Shown here in pieces: positions 1 through 15,299 of a stretch of 64,000 nucleotides of DNA. The first letter of the stretch is position 1, and every line of letters begins with the position of its first letter. Source of the DNA: the human T2T-CHM13v2.0 reference genome, Homo sapiens. The position numbers and the translations under genes are program-made. The notes under the pieces are model-generated. The model saw only the letters and a program-made list of their open reading frames with translations. It was not told where the DNA came from and searched no databases. The stretch lies in assembly GCF_009914755.1 (NCBI RefSeq), contig NC_060925.1. One strand, written 5' to 3'.

Positions 1-1188
1 ACATCAAATGGAATCAAATGGAATCATTGAACGGAATTGAATGGAATCGTCATCGAATGAATTGACTGCAATCATCGAATGGTCTCGAATGGAATCATCT
101 TCAAATGGAATGGAATGGAATCATCGCATAGAATCGAATGGAATTATCATCGAATGGAATCGAATGGAATCAACATCCAACGGAAAAAAACGGAATTATC
201 GAATGGAATCGAAGAGAATCATCGAATGGACCCGAATGGAATCATCTAATGGAATGGAATGGAATAATCCATGGACTCGAATGCAATCATCATCGAATGG
301 AATCGAATGGAATCATCGAATGGACTCGAATGGAATAATCATTGAACGGAATCGAATGGAATCATCATCGGATGGAAACGAATGGAATCATCATCGAATG
401 GAATCGAATAGAATTATGGAATGAAATCCAGTGTGATCATCATCGAATGGACCCGAATGGAATCATCATCCAACGGAAGCTAATGGAATCAACATCGAAT
501 GAATCAAATGGAAACACCATCGAATTGAAACGAATGGAATTATCATGAAATTGAAATGGATGGACTCATCATCGAATGGATTCGAATGGAATCATCGAAT
601 AAAATTGATTGAAATCATCATCGAATGGAATCGAATGGTATCATTGAATGGAATCGAATGGAATCATCATCAGATGGAAATGAATGGAATCGTCATAGAA
701 TGGAATCGAATGGATTCATTGAATGGAATCAGATGGAATCATCGAATGGACTGGAATGGAATCATTGAATGGACTCGAAAGGGATCATCATTGAATGGAA
801 TTGAATGGAATCATCGAATGGTCTCGATTGGAATCATTATCAAATGGAATCGAATGGAATCACCGAATAGAATCGAATGGAACAATCATCGAATGGACTC
901 AAATGGAATTATCCTCCAATGGAATCGAATGGAATTATCGAATGCAATCGAATGGAATTATCGAATGCAATCGAATAGAATCATCGAATGGACTCGAATG
1001 GAATCATCGAATGGAATGGAATGGAACAGTCAATGAACTCGAATGGAATCATCATTGAATGGAATCGAATGGAATCATCGAGTGGAATCGAATGGAATTA
1101 TGATCAAATGGAATCGAATGTAATCATCATCAAATGGAATCAAAAATAACCATCATCAATTGGTATTGAATGGAATTGTCATCAAATG

Positions 1189-1194
1189 GAATTC
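1189..1194. other. Conserved once-per-unit EcoRI site (GAATTC in AATGGAATTCAAAGG)
   Basis: Seen at 1189-1194 and at the equivalent position (about 160 bp before subunit A) in the units inspected. It would release about 1.77 kb fragments like the classical pUC1.77/D1Z1 probe. Confidence 0.85.
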
Positions 1195-1348
1195 AAAGGA
1201 ATCATCATCAAATGGAACCGAATGGAATCCTCATTGAATGGAAATGAAAGGGGTCATCATCTAATGGAATCGCATGGAATCATCATCAAATGGAATCGAA
1301 TGGAATCATCATCAAATGGAATCTAATGGAATCATTGAACAGAATTGA

Positions 1349-1816
1349 ATGGAATCGTCATCGAATGAATTGAATGCAATCATCGAATGGTCTCGAATGG
1401 AATCATCTTCTAATGGAAAGGAATGGAATCATCGCATAGAATCGAATGGAATTATCATCGAATGGAATCGAATGGTATCAACACCAAACGGAAAAAAACG
1501 GAATTATCGAATGGAATCGAAGAGAATCTTCGAACGGACCCGAATGGAATCATCTAATGGAATGGAATGGAATAATCCATGGACTCGAATGCAATCATCA
1601 TCGAATGGAATGGAATGGAATCATCGAATGGACTCGAATGGAATAATCATTGAACGGAATCGAATGGAATCATCATCGGATGGAAACGAATGGAATCATC
1701 ATCGAATGGAAATGAAAGGAGTCATCATCTAATGGAATTGCATGGAATCATCATAAAATGGAATCGAATGGAATCAACATCAAATGGAATCAAATGGAAT
1801 CATTGAACGGAATTGA
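1349..1816 (+). repeat. 468 bp internal subunit A (type I), paralogous to the start of segment B
   Basis: 1349-1700 closely matches 1817-2170. Type I A carries TCTAATGGAAAGG, GGTATCAACACCAAACGG and AATCTTCGAACGG; B carries TTGACTGCA, TCAAATGGAATGG and AATCATCGAATGGACCC. Confidence 0.9.
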
Positions 1817-4800
1817 ATGGAATCGTCATCGAATGAATTGACTGCAATCATCGAATGGTCTCGAATGGAATCATCTTCAAATGGAATGGAATGGAATCAT
1901 CGCATAGAATCGAATGGAATTATCATCGAATGGAATCGAATGGAATCAACATCCAACGGAAAAAAACGGAATTATCGAATGGAATCGAAGAGAATCATCG
2001 AATGGACCCGAATGGAATCATCTAATGGAATGGAATGGAATAATCCATGGACTCGAATGCAATCATCATCGAATGGAATCGAATGGAATCATCGAATGGA
2101 CTCGAATGGAATAATCATTGAACGGAATCGAATGGAATCATCATCGGATGGAAATGAATGGAATCATCATCGAATGGAATCGAATAGAATTATGGAATGA
2201 AATCCAGTGTGATCATCATCGAAAGGACCCGAATGGAATCATCATCCAACGGAAGCTAATGGAATCAACATCGAATGAATCGAATGGAAACACCATCGAA
2301 TTGAAACGAATGGAATTATCATGAAATTGAAATGGATGGACTCATCATCGAATGGATTCGAATGGAATCATCGAATAAAATTGATTGAAATCATCATCCA
2401 ATGGAATCGAATGGTATCATTGAATGGAATCGAATGGAATCATCATCAGATGGAAATGAATGGAATCGTCATAGAATGGAATCGAATGGATTCATTGAAT
2501 GGAATCAGATGGAATCATCGAATGGACTGGAATGGAATCATTGAATGGACTCGAAAGGGATCATGATTGAATGGAATTGAATGGAATCATCGAATGGTCT
2601 CGATTGGAATCATTATCAAATGGAATCGAATGGAATCACCGAATAGAATCGAATGGAACAATCATCGAATGGACTCAAATGGAATTATCCTCAAATGGAA
2701 TCGAATGGAATTATCGAATGCAATCGAATGGAATTATCGAATGCAATCGAATAGAATCATCGAAAGGACTCGAATGGAATCATCGAATGGAATGGAATGG
2801 AACAGTCAATGAACTCGAATGGAATCATCATTGAATGGAATCGAATGGAATCATCGAGTGGAATCGAATGGAATTATGATCAAATGGAATCAAATGTAAT
2901 CATCATCAAATGGAATCAAAAATAACCATCATCAATTGGTATTGAATGGAATTGTCATCAAATGGAATTCAAAGGAATCATCATCAAATGGAACCGAATG
3001 GAATCCTCATTGAATGGAAATGAAAGGGGTCATCATCTAATGGAATCGCATGGAATCATCATCAAATGGAATCGAATGGAATCATCATCAAATGGAATCT
3101 AATGGAATCATTGAACAGAATTGAATGGAATCGTCATCGAATGAATTGAATGCAATCATCGAATGGTCTCGAATGGAATCATCTTCTAATGGAAAGGAAT
3201 GGAATCATCGCATAGAATCGAATGGAATTATCATCGAATGGAATCGAATGGTATCAACACCAAACGGAAGAAAACGGAATTATCGAATGGAATCGAAGAG
3301 AATCTTCGAACGGACCCGAATGGAATCATCTAATGGAATGGAATGGAATAATCCATGGACTCGAATGCAATCATCATCGAATGGAATCGAATGGAATCAT
3401 CGAATGGACTCGAATGGAATAATCATTTAACGGAATCGAATGGAATCATTATCAGATGGAAACGAATGGAATCATCATCGAATGGAAATGAAAGGAGTCA
3501 TCATCTAATGGAATTGCATGGAATCATCACAAAATGGAATCGAATGGAATCATCATCGAATGGAATCGAATAGAATTATGGAATGAAATCCAGTGTGATC
3601 ATCATCGAATGGACCCGAATGCAATCATCATCCAACGGAAGCTAATGGAATCAACATCGAATGAATCGAATGGAAACACCATCGAATTGAAACGAATGGA
3701 ATTATCATGAAATTGAAATGGATGGACTCATCATCGAATGGATTCGAATGGAATCATCGAATAAAATTGATTGAAATCATCATCAAATGGAATCGAATGG
3801 TATCATTGAATGGAATCGAATGGAATCATCATCAGATGGAAATGAATGGAATCGTCATAGAATGGAATCGAATGGATTCATTGAATGGAATCAGATGGAA
3901 TCATCGAATGGACTGGAATGGAATCATTGAATGGACTCGAAAGGGATCATTATTGAATGGAATTGAATGGAATCATCGAATGGTCTCGATTGGAATCATT
4001 ATCAAATGGAATCGAATGGAATCACCGAATAGAATCGAATGGAACAATCATCGAATGGACTCAAATGGAATTATCCTCAAATGGAATCGCATGGAATTAT
4101 TGAATGCAATCGAATGGAATTATCGAATGCAATCGAATAGAATCATCGAATGGACTCGAATGGAATCATCGAATGGAATGGAATGGAACAGTCAATGAAC
4201 TCGAATGGAATCATCATTGAATGGAATCGAATGGAATCATCGAGTGGAATCGAATGGAATTATGATCAAATGGAATCGAATGTAATCATCATCAAATGGA
4301 ATCAAAAATAACCATCATCAATTGGTATTGAATGGAATTGTCATCAAATGGAATTCAAAGGAATCATCATCAAATGGAACCGAATGGAATCCTCATTGAA
4401 TGGAAATGAAAGGGGTCATCATCTAATGGAATCGCATGGAATCATCATCAAATGGAATCGAATGGAATCATCATCAAATGGAATCTAATGGAATCATTGA
4501 ACAGAATTGAATGGAATCGTCATCGAATGAATTGAATGCAATCATCGAATGGTCTCGAATGGAATCATCTTCTAATGGAAAGGAATGGAATCATCGCATA
4601 GAATCGAATGGAATTATCATCGAATGGAATCGAATGGTATCAACACCAAACGGAAAAAAACGGAATTATCGAATGGAATCGAAGAGAATCTTCGAACGGA
4701 CCCGAATGGAATCATGTAATGGAATGGAATGGAATAATCCATGGACTCGAATGCAATCATCATCGAATGGAATCGAATGGAATCATCGAATGGACTCGAA

Positions 4801-7499
4801 TGGAATAATCATTGAACGGAATCGAATGGAATCATCATCGGATGGAAACGAATGGAATCATCATCGAATGGAAATGAAAGGAGTCATCATCTAATGGAAT
4901 TGCATGGAATCATCATAAAATGGAATCGAATGGAATCAACATCAAATGGAATCAAATGCAATCATTGAACGGAATTGAATGGAATCGTCATCGAATGAAT
5001 TGACTGCAATCATCGAATGGTCTCCAATGGAATCATCTTCAAATGGAATGGAATGGAATCATCGCATAGAATCGAATGGAATTATCATAGAATGGAATCG
5101 AATGGAATCAACATCAAACGGAAAAAAACGGAATTATCGAATGGAATCGAAGAGAATCATCGAATGGACCCGAATGGAATCATGTAATGGAATGGAATGG
5201 AATAATCCATGGACTCGAATGCAATCATCATCGAATGGAATCGAATGGAATCATCGAATGGACTCGAATGGAATAATCATTGAACGGAATTGAATGGAAT
5301 CATCATCGGATGGAAATGAATGGAATCATCATCGAATGGAATCGAATAGAATTATGGAATGAAATCCAGTGTGATCATCATCGAATGGACCCGAATGGAA
5401 TCATCATCCAACGGAAGCTAATGGAATCAACATCGAATGAATCGAATGGAAACACCATCGAATTGAAACGAATGGAATTATCATGAAATTGAAATGGAAG
5501 GACTCATCATCGAATGGATTCGAATGGAATCATCAAATAAAATTGATTGAAATCATCATCGAATGGAATCGAATGGTATCATTGAATGGAATCGAATGGA
5601 ATCATCATCAGATGGAAATGAATGGAATCGTCATAGAATGGAATCGAATGGATTCATTGAATGGAATCAGATGGAATCATCGAATGGACTGGAATGGAAT
5701 CATTGAATGGACTCGAAAGGGATCATGATTGAATGGAATTGAATGGAATCATCGAATGGTCTCGATTGGAATCATTATCAAAGGGAATCGAATGGAATCA
5801 CCGAATAGAATCGAATGGAACAATCATCGAATGGACTCAAATGGAATTATCCTCAAATGGAATCGAATGGAATTATCGAATGCAATCGAATGGAATTATC
5901 GAATGCAATCGAATAGAATCATCGAATGGACTGGAATGGAATCATCGAATGGAATGGAATGGAACAGTCAATGAACACGAATGGAATCATCATTGAATGG
6001 AATCGAATGGAATCATCGAGTGGAATCGAATGGAATTATGATCAAATGGAATCGAATGTAATCATCATCAAATGGAATCAAAAATAACCATCATCAATTG
6101 GTATTGAATGGAATTGTCATCAAATGGAATTCAAAGGAATCATCATCAAATGGAACCGAATGGAATCCTCATTGAATGGAAATGAAAGGGGTCATCATCT
6201 AATGGAATCGCATGGAATCATCATCAAATGGAATCGAATGGAATCATCATCAAATGGAATCTAATGGAATCATTGAACAGAATTGAATGGAATCGTCATC
6301 GAATGAATTGAATGCAATCATCGAATGGTCTCGAATGGAATCATCTTCTAATGGAAAGGAATGGAATCATCGCATAGAATCGAATGGAATTATCATCGAA
6401 TGGAATCGAATGGTATCAACACCAAACGGAAAAAAACGGAGTTATCGAATGGAATCGAAGAGAATCTTCGAACGGACCCGAATGGAATCATCTAATGGAA
6501 TGGAATGGAATAATCCATGGACTCGAATGCAATCATCATCGAATGGAATCGAATGGAATCATCGAATGGACTCGAATGGAATAATCATTGAACGGAATCG
6601 AATGGAATCATCATCGGATGGAAACGAATGGAATCATCATCGAATGGAAATGAAAGGAGTCATCATCTAATGGAATTGCATGGAATCATCATAAAATGGA
6701 ATCGAATGGAATCAACATCAAATGGAATCAAATGGAATCATTGAACGGAATTGAATGGAATCGTCATCGAATGAATTGACTGCAATCATCGAATGGTCTC
6801 GAATGGAATCATCTTCAAATGGAATGGAATGGAATCATCGCATAGAATCGAATGGAATTATCATCGAATGGAATCGAATGGAATCAACATCAAACGGAAA
6901 AAAACGGAATTATCGAATGGAATCGAAGAGAATCATCGAATGGACCCGAATGGAATCATCTAATGGAATGGAATGGAATAATCCATGGACTCGAATGCAA
7001 TCATCATCGAATGGAATCGAATGGAATCATCGAATGAACTCGAATGGAATCATCATTGAATGGAATCGAATGGAATCATCGAGTGGAATCGAATGGAATT
7101 ATGATCAAATGGAATCGAATGTAATCATCATCAAATGGAATCAAAAATAACCATCATCAATTGGTATTGAATGGAATTGTCATCAAATGGAATTCAAAGG
7201 AATCATCATCAAATGGAACCGAATGGAATCCTCATTGAATGGAAATGAAAGGGGTCATCATCTAATGGAATCGCACGGAATCATCATCAAATGGAATCGA
7301 ATGGAATCATCATCAAATGGAATCTAATGGAATCATTGAACAGAATTGAATGGAATCGTCATCGAATGAATTGAATGCAATCATCGAATGGTCTCGAATG
7401 GAATCATCTTCTAATGGAAAGGAATGGAATCATCGCATAGAATCGAATGGAATTATCATCGAATGGAATCGAATGGTATCAACACCAAACAGAAAAAAA

Positions 7500-10400
7500 C
7501 GGAATTATCGAATGGAATCGAAGAGAATCTTCGAACGGACCCGAATGGAATCATCTAATGGAATGGAATGGAATAATCCATGGACTCGAATGCAATCATC
7601 ATCGAATGGAATCGAATGGAATCATCGAATGGACTCGAATGGAATAATCACTGAACGGAATCGAATGGAATCATCATCGGATGGAAACGAATGGAATCAT
7701 CATCGAATGCAAATGAAAGGAGTCATCATCTAATGGAATTGCATGGAATCATCATAAAATGGAATCGAATGGAATCAACATCAAATGGAATCAAATGGAA
7801 TCATTGAACGGAATTGAATGGAATCGTCATCGAATGAATTGACTGCAATCATCGAATGGTCTCGAATGGAATCATCTTCAAATGGAATGGAATGGAATCA
7901 TCGCATAGAATCGAATGGAATTATCATCGAATGGAATCGAATGGAATCAACATCAAACGGAAAAAAACGGAATTATTGAATGGAATCGAAGAGAATCATT
8001 GAATGGACCCGAATGGAATCATCTAATGGAATGGAATGGAATAATCCATGGACTCGAATGCAATCATCATCGAATGGAATCGAATGGAATCATCGAATGG
8101 ACTCGAATGGAATAATCATTGAACGGAATCGAATGGAATCATCATCGGATGGAAATGAATGGAATCATCATCGAGTGGAAATGAAAGGAGTCATCATCTA
8201 ATGGAATTGCATGGAATCATCATAAAATGGAATCGAATGGAATCAACATCAAATGAAATCTAATGGAATCATTGAACAGAATTGAATGGAATCGTCATCG
8301 AATGAATTGACTGCAATCATCGAATGGTCTCCAATGGAATCATCTTCAAATGGAATGGAATGGAATCATCGCATAGAATCGAATGGAATTATCATCGAAT
8401 GGAATCGAATGGAATCGAATGGAATCAACATCAAACGGAAAAAAACGGAATTATCGAATGGAATCGAAGAGAATCATCGAATGGACCCGAATGGAATCAT
8501 CTAATGGAATGGAATGGAATAATCCATGGACTCGAATGCAATCATCATCGAATGGAATCGAATGGAATCATCGAATGGACTCGAATGGAATAATCATTGA
8601 ACGGAATCGAATGGAATCATCATCGGATGGAAATGAATGGAATCATCATCGAATGGAATCGAATAGAATTATGGAATGAAATCCAGTGTGATCATCATCG
8701 AATGGACCCGAATGGAATCATCATCCAACGGAAGCTAATGGAATCAACATCGAATGAATCAAATGGAAATACCATCGAATTGAAACGAATGGAATTATCA
8801 TGAAATTGAAATGGATGGACTCATCATCGAATGGATTCGAATGGAATCATCGAATAAAATTGATTGAAATCATCATCGAATGGAATCGAATGGTATCATT
8901 GAATGGAATCGAATGGGATCATCATCAGATGGAAATGAATGGAATCGTCATAGAATGGAATCGAATGGATTCATTGAATGGAATCAGATGGAATCATCGA
9001 ATGGACTGGAATGGAATCATTGAATGGACTCGAAAGGGATCATGATTGAATGGAATTGAATGGAATCATCGAATGGTCTCGATTGGAATCATTATCAAAT
9101 GGAATCGAATGGAATCACCGAATAGAATCGAATGGAACAATCATCGAATGGACTCAAATGGAATTATCCTCAAATGGAATCGAATGGAATTATCAAATGC
9201 AATCGAATGGAATTATCGAATGCAATCGAATAGAATCATCGAATGGACTCGAATGGAATCATCGAATGGAATGGAATGGAACAGTCAATGAACTCGAATG
9301 GAATCATCATTGAATGGAATCGAATGGAATCATCGAGTGGAATCGAATGGAATTATGATCAAATGGAATCGAATGTAATCATCATCAAATGGAATCAAAA
9401 ATAACCATCATCAATTGGTATTGAATGGAATTGTCATCAAATGGAATTCAAAGGAATCGTCATCAAATGGAACCGAAAGGAATCCTCATTGAATGGAAAT
9501 GAAAGGGGTCATCATCTAATGGAATTGCATGGAATCATCATCAAATGGAATCGAAGGGAATCATCATCAAATGGAATCTAATGGAATCATTGAACAGAAT
9601 TGAATGGAATCGTCATCGAATGAATTGAATGCAATCATCGAATGGTCTCGAATGGAATCATCTTCTAATGGAAAGGAATGGAATCATCGCATAGAATCGA
9701 ATGGAATTATCATCGAATGGAATCGAATGGTATCAACACCAAACGGAAAAAAACGGAATTATCGAATGGAATCGAAGAGAATCTTCGAACGGACCCGAAT
9801 GGAATCATCTAATGGAATGGAATGGAATAATCCATGGACTCGAATGCAATCATCATCGAATGGAATCGAATGGAATCATCGAATGGACTCGAATGGAATA
9901 ATCACTGAACGGAATCGAATGGAATCATCATCGGATGGAAACGAATGGAATCATCATCGAATGCAAATGAAAGGAGTCATCATCTAATGGAATTGCATGG
10001 AATCATCATAAAATGGAATCGAATGGAATCAACATCAAATGGAATCAAATGGAATCATTGAACGGAATTGAATGGAATCGTCATCGAATGAATTGACTGC
10101 AATCATCGAATGGTCTCGAATGGAATCATCTTCAAATGGAATGGAATGGAATCATCGCATAGAATCGAATGGAATTATCATCGAATGGAATCGAATGGAA
10201 TCAACATCAAACGGAAAAAAACGGAATTATTGAATGGAATCGAAGAGAATCATTGAATGGACCCGAATGGAATCATCTAATGGAATGGAATGGAATAATC
10301 CATGGACTCGAATGCAATCATCATCGAATGGAATCGAATGGAATCATCGAATGGACTCGAATGGAATAATCATTGAACGGAATCGAATGGAATCATCATC

Positions 10401-13400
10401 GGATGGAAATGAATGGAATCATCATCGAGTGGAAATGAAAGGAGTCATCATCTAATGGAATTGCATGGAATCATCATAAAATGGAATCGAATGGAATCAA
10501 CATCAAATGAAATCTAATGGAATCATTGAACAGAATTGAATGGAATCGTCATCGAATGAATTGACTGCAATCATCGAATGGTCTCCAATGGAATCATCTT
10601 CAAATGGAATGGAATGGAATCATCGCATAGAATCGAATGGAATTATCATCGAATGGAATCGAATGGAATCGAATGGAATCAACATCAAACGGAAAAAAAC
10701 GGAATTATCGAATGGAATCGAAGAGAATCATCGAATGGACCCGAATGGAATCATCTAATGGAATGGAATGGAATAATCCATGGACTCGAATGCAATCATC
10801 ATCGAATGGAATCGAATGGAATCATCGAATGGACTCGAATGGAATAATCATTGAACGGAATCGAATGGAATCATCATCGGATGGAAATGAATGGAATCAT
10901 CATCGAATGGAATCGAATAGAATTATGGAATGAAATCCAGTGTGATCATCATCGAATGGACCCGAATGGAATCATCATCCAACGGAAGCTAATGGAATCA
11001 ACATCGAATGAATCAAATGGAAATACCATCGAATTGAAACGAATGGAATTATCATGAAATTGAAATGGATGGACTCATCATCGAATGGATTCGAATGGAA
11101 TCATCGAATAAAATTGATTGAAATCATCATCGAATGGAATCGAATGGTATCATTGAATGGAATCGAATGGGATCATCATCAGATGGAAATGAATGGAATC
11201 GTCATAGAATGGAATCGAATGGATTCATTGAATGGAATCAGATGGAATCATCGAATGGACTGGAATGGAATCATTGAATGGACTCGAAAGGGATCATGAT
11301 TGAATGGAATTGAATGGAATCATCGAATGGTCTCGATTGGAATCATTATCAAATGGAATCGAATGGAATCACCGAATAGAATCGAATGGAACAATCATCG
11401 AATGGACTCAAATGGAATTATCCTCAAATGGAATCGAATGGAATTATCAAATGCAATCGAATGGAATTATCGAATGCAATCGAATAGAATCATCGAATGG
11501 ACTCGAATGGAATCATCGAATGGAATGGAATGGAACAGTCAATGAACTCGAATGGAATCATCATTGAATGGAATCGAATGGAATCATCGAGTGGAATCGA
11601 ATGGAATTATGATCAAATGGAATCGAATGTAATCATCATCAAATGGAATCAAAAATAACCATCATCAATTGGTATTGAATGGAATTGTCATCAAATGGAA
11701 TTCAAAGGAATCGTCATCAAATGGAACCGAAAGGAATCCTCATTGAATGGAAATGAAAGGGGTCATCATCTAATGGAATTGCATGGAATCATCATCAAAT
11801 GGAATCGAAGGGAATCATCATCAAATGGAATCTAATGGAATCATTGAACAGAATTGAATGGAATCGTCATCGAATGAATTGAATGCAATCATCGAATGGT
11901 CTCGAATGGAATCATCTTCTAATGGAAAGGAATGGAATCATCGCATAGAATCGAATGGAATTATCATCGAATGGAATCGAATGGTATCAACACCAAACGG
12001 AAAAAAACGGAATTATCGAATGGAATCGAAGAGAATCTTCGAACGGACCCGAATGGAATCATCTAATGGAATGGAATGGAATAATCCATGGACTCGAATG
12101 CAATCATCATCGAATGGAATCGAATGGAATCATCGAATGGACTCGAATGGAATAATCACTGAACGGAATCGAATGGAATCATCATCGGATGGAAACGAAT
12201 GGAATCATCATCGAATGCAAATGAAAGGAGTCATCATCTAATGGAATTGCATGGAATCATCATAAAATGGAATCGAATGGAATCAACATCAAATGGAATC
12301 AAATGGAATCATTGAACGGAATTGAATGGAATCGTCATCGAATGAATTGACTGCAATCATCGAATGGTCTCGAATGGAATCATCTTCAAATGGAATGGAA
12401 TGGAATCATCGCATAGAATCGAATGGAATTATCATCGAATGGAATCGAATGGAATCAACATCAAACGGAAAAAAACGGAATTATTGAATGGAATCGAAGA
12501 GAATCATTGAATGGACCCGAATGGAATCATCTAATGGAATGGAATGGAATAATCCATGGACTCGAATGCAATCATCATCGAATGGAATCGAATGGAATCA
12601 TCGAATGGACTCGAATGGAATAATCATTGAACGGAATCGAATGGAATCATCATCGGATGGAAATGAATGGAATCATCATCGAGTGGAAATGAAAGGAGTC
12701 ATCATCTAATGGAATTGCATGGAATCATCATAAAATGGAATCGAATGGAATCAACATCAAATGAAATCTAATGGAATCATTGAACAGAATTGAATGGAAT
12801 CGTCATCGAATGAATTGACTGCAATCATCGAATGGTCTCCAATGGAATCATCTTCAAATGGAATGGAATGGAATCATCGCATAGAATCGAATGGAATTAT
12901 CATCGAATGGAATCGAATGGAATCGAATGGAATCAACATCAAACGGAAAAAAACGGAATTATCGAATGGAATCGAAGAGAATCATCGAATGGACCCGAAT
13001 GGAATCATCTAATGGAATGGAATGGAATAATCCATGGACTCGAATGCAATCATCATCGAATGGAATCGAATGGAATCATCGAATGGACTCGAATGGAATA
13101 ATCATTGAACGGAATCGAATGGAATCATCATCGGATGGAAATGAATGGAATCATCATCGAATGGAATCGAATAGAATTATGGAATGAAATCCAGTGTGAT
13201 CATCATCGAATGGACCCGAATGGAATCATCATCCAACGGAAGCTAATGGAATCAACATCGAATGAATCAAATGGAAATACCATCGAATTGAAACGAATGG
13301 AATTATCATGAAATTGAAATGGATGGACTCATCATCGAATGGATTCGAATGGAATCATCGAATAAAATTGATTGAAATCATCATCGAATGGAATCGAATG

Positions 13401-14260
13401 GTATCATTGAATGGAATCGAATGGGATCATCATCAGATGGAAATGAATGGAATCGTCATAGAATGGAATCGAATGGATTCATTGAATGGAATCAGATGGA
13501 ATCATCGAATGGACTGGAATGGAATCATTGAATGGACTCGAAAGGGATCATGATTGAATGGAATTGAATGGAATCATCGAATGGTCTCGATTGGAATCAT
13601 TATCAAATGGAATCGAATGGAATCACCGAATAGAATCGAATGGAACAATCATCGAATGGACTCAAATGGAATTATCCTCAAATGGAATCGAATGGAATTA
13701 TCAAATGCAATCGAATGGAATTATCGAATGCAATCGAATAGAATCATCGAATGGACTCGAATGGAATCATCGAATGGAATGGAATGGAACAGTCAATGAA
13801 CTCGAATGGAATCATCATTGAATGGAATCGAATGGAATCATCGAGTGGAATCGAATGGAATTATGATCAAATGGAATCGAATGTAATCATCATCAAATGG
13901 AATCAAAAATAACCATCATCAATTGGTATTGAATGGAATTGTCATCAAATGGAATTCAAAGGAATCGTCATCAAATGGAACCGAAAGGAATCCTCATTGA
14001 ATGGAAATGAAAGGGGTCATCATCTAATGGAATTGCATGGAATCATCATCAAATGGAATCGAAGGGAATCATCATCAAATGGAATCTAATGGAATCATTG
14101 AACAGAATTGAATGGAATCGTCATCGAATGAATTGAATGCAATCATCGAATGGTCTCGAATGGAATCATCTTCTAATGGAAAGGAATGGAATCATCGCAT
14201 AGAATCGAATGGAATTATCATCGAATGGAATCGAATGGTATCAACACCAAACGGAAAAAA
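7500..14260 (+). repeat. Three near-identical tandem copies of a 2254 bp variant unit (local higher-order repeat)
   Basis: Markers at 8286/10540/12794, 8800/11054/13308 and 9604/11858/14112 are spaced exactly 2254 bp, with matching translated ORFs and shared private variants. Confidence 0.93.
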
Positions 14261-15299
14261 ACGGAATTATCGAATGGAATCGAAGAGAATCTTCGAACGG
14301 ACCCGAATGGAATCATCTAATGGAATGGAATGGAATAATCCATGGACTCGAATGCAATCATCATCGAATGGAATCGAATGGAATCATCGAATGGACTCGA
14401 ATGGAATAATCATTGAACGGAATCGAATGGAATCATTATCAGATGGAAACGAATGGAATCATCATCGAATGGAAATGAAAGGATTCATCATCTAATGGAA
14501 TTGCATGGAATCATCATAAAATGGAATCGAATGGAATCATCATCGAATGGAATCGAATAGAATTATGGAATGAAATCCAGTGTGATCATCATCGAATGGA
14601 CCCGAATGGAATCATCATCCAACGGAAGCTAATGGAATCAACATCGAATGAATCGAATGGAAACACCATCGAATTGAAACGAATGGAATTATCATGAAAT
14701 TGAAATGGATGGACTCATCATCGAATGGATTCGAATGGAATCATCGAATAAAATTGATTGAAATCATCATCAAATGGAATCGAATGGTATCATTGAATGG
14801 AATCGAATGGAATCATCATCAGATGGAAATGAATGGAATCGTCATAGAATGGAATCGAATGGATTCATTGAATGGAATCAGATGGAATCATCGAATGGAC
14901 TGGAATGGAATCATTGAATGGACTCGAAAGGGATCATGATTGAATGGAATTGAATGGAATCATCGAATGGTCTCGATTGGAATCATTATCAAATGGAATC
15001 GAATGGAATCACCGAATAGAATCGAATGGAACAATCATCGAATGGAGTCAAATGGAATTATCCTCAAATGGAATCGAATGGAATTATCGAATGCAATCGA
15101 ATGGAATTATCGAATGCAATCGAATAGAATCATCGAATGGACTCGAATGGAATCATCGAATGGAATGGAATGGAACAGTCAATGAACTCGAATGGAATCA
15201 TCATTGAATGGAATCGAATGGAATCATCGAGTGGAATCGAATGGAATTATGATCAAATGGAATCGAATGTAATCATCAACAAATGGAATCAAAGATAAC

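Larger units (their letters stand above)
41..1816 (+). repeat. Representative canonical 1776 bp repeat unit (1308 bp B-segment + 468 bp A subunit)
   Basis: Equivalent markers recur at 41/1817, 545/2321 and 1349/3125 (1776 bp each), and again at 59798/61574/63350. 41 to 1349 = 1308; 1349 to 1817 = 468. Confidence 0.95.

Noticed and set aside
178-193. AACGGAAAAAAACGG A-tract as a terminator or poly(A) signal
   Set aside because: It is a regular part of the subunit, with slippage variation of about 6-8 A and no hairpin or transcript context.
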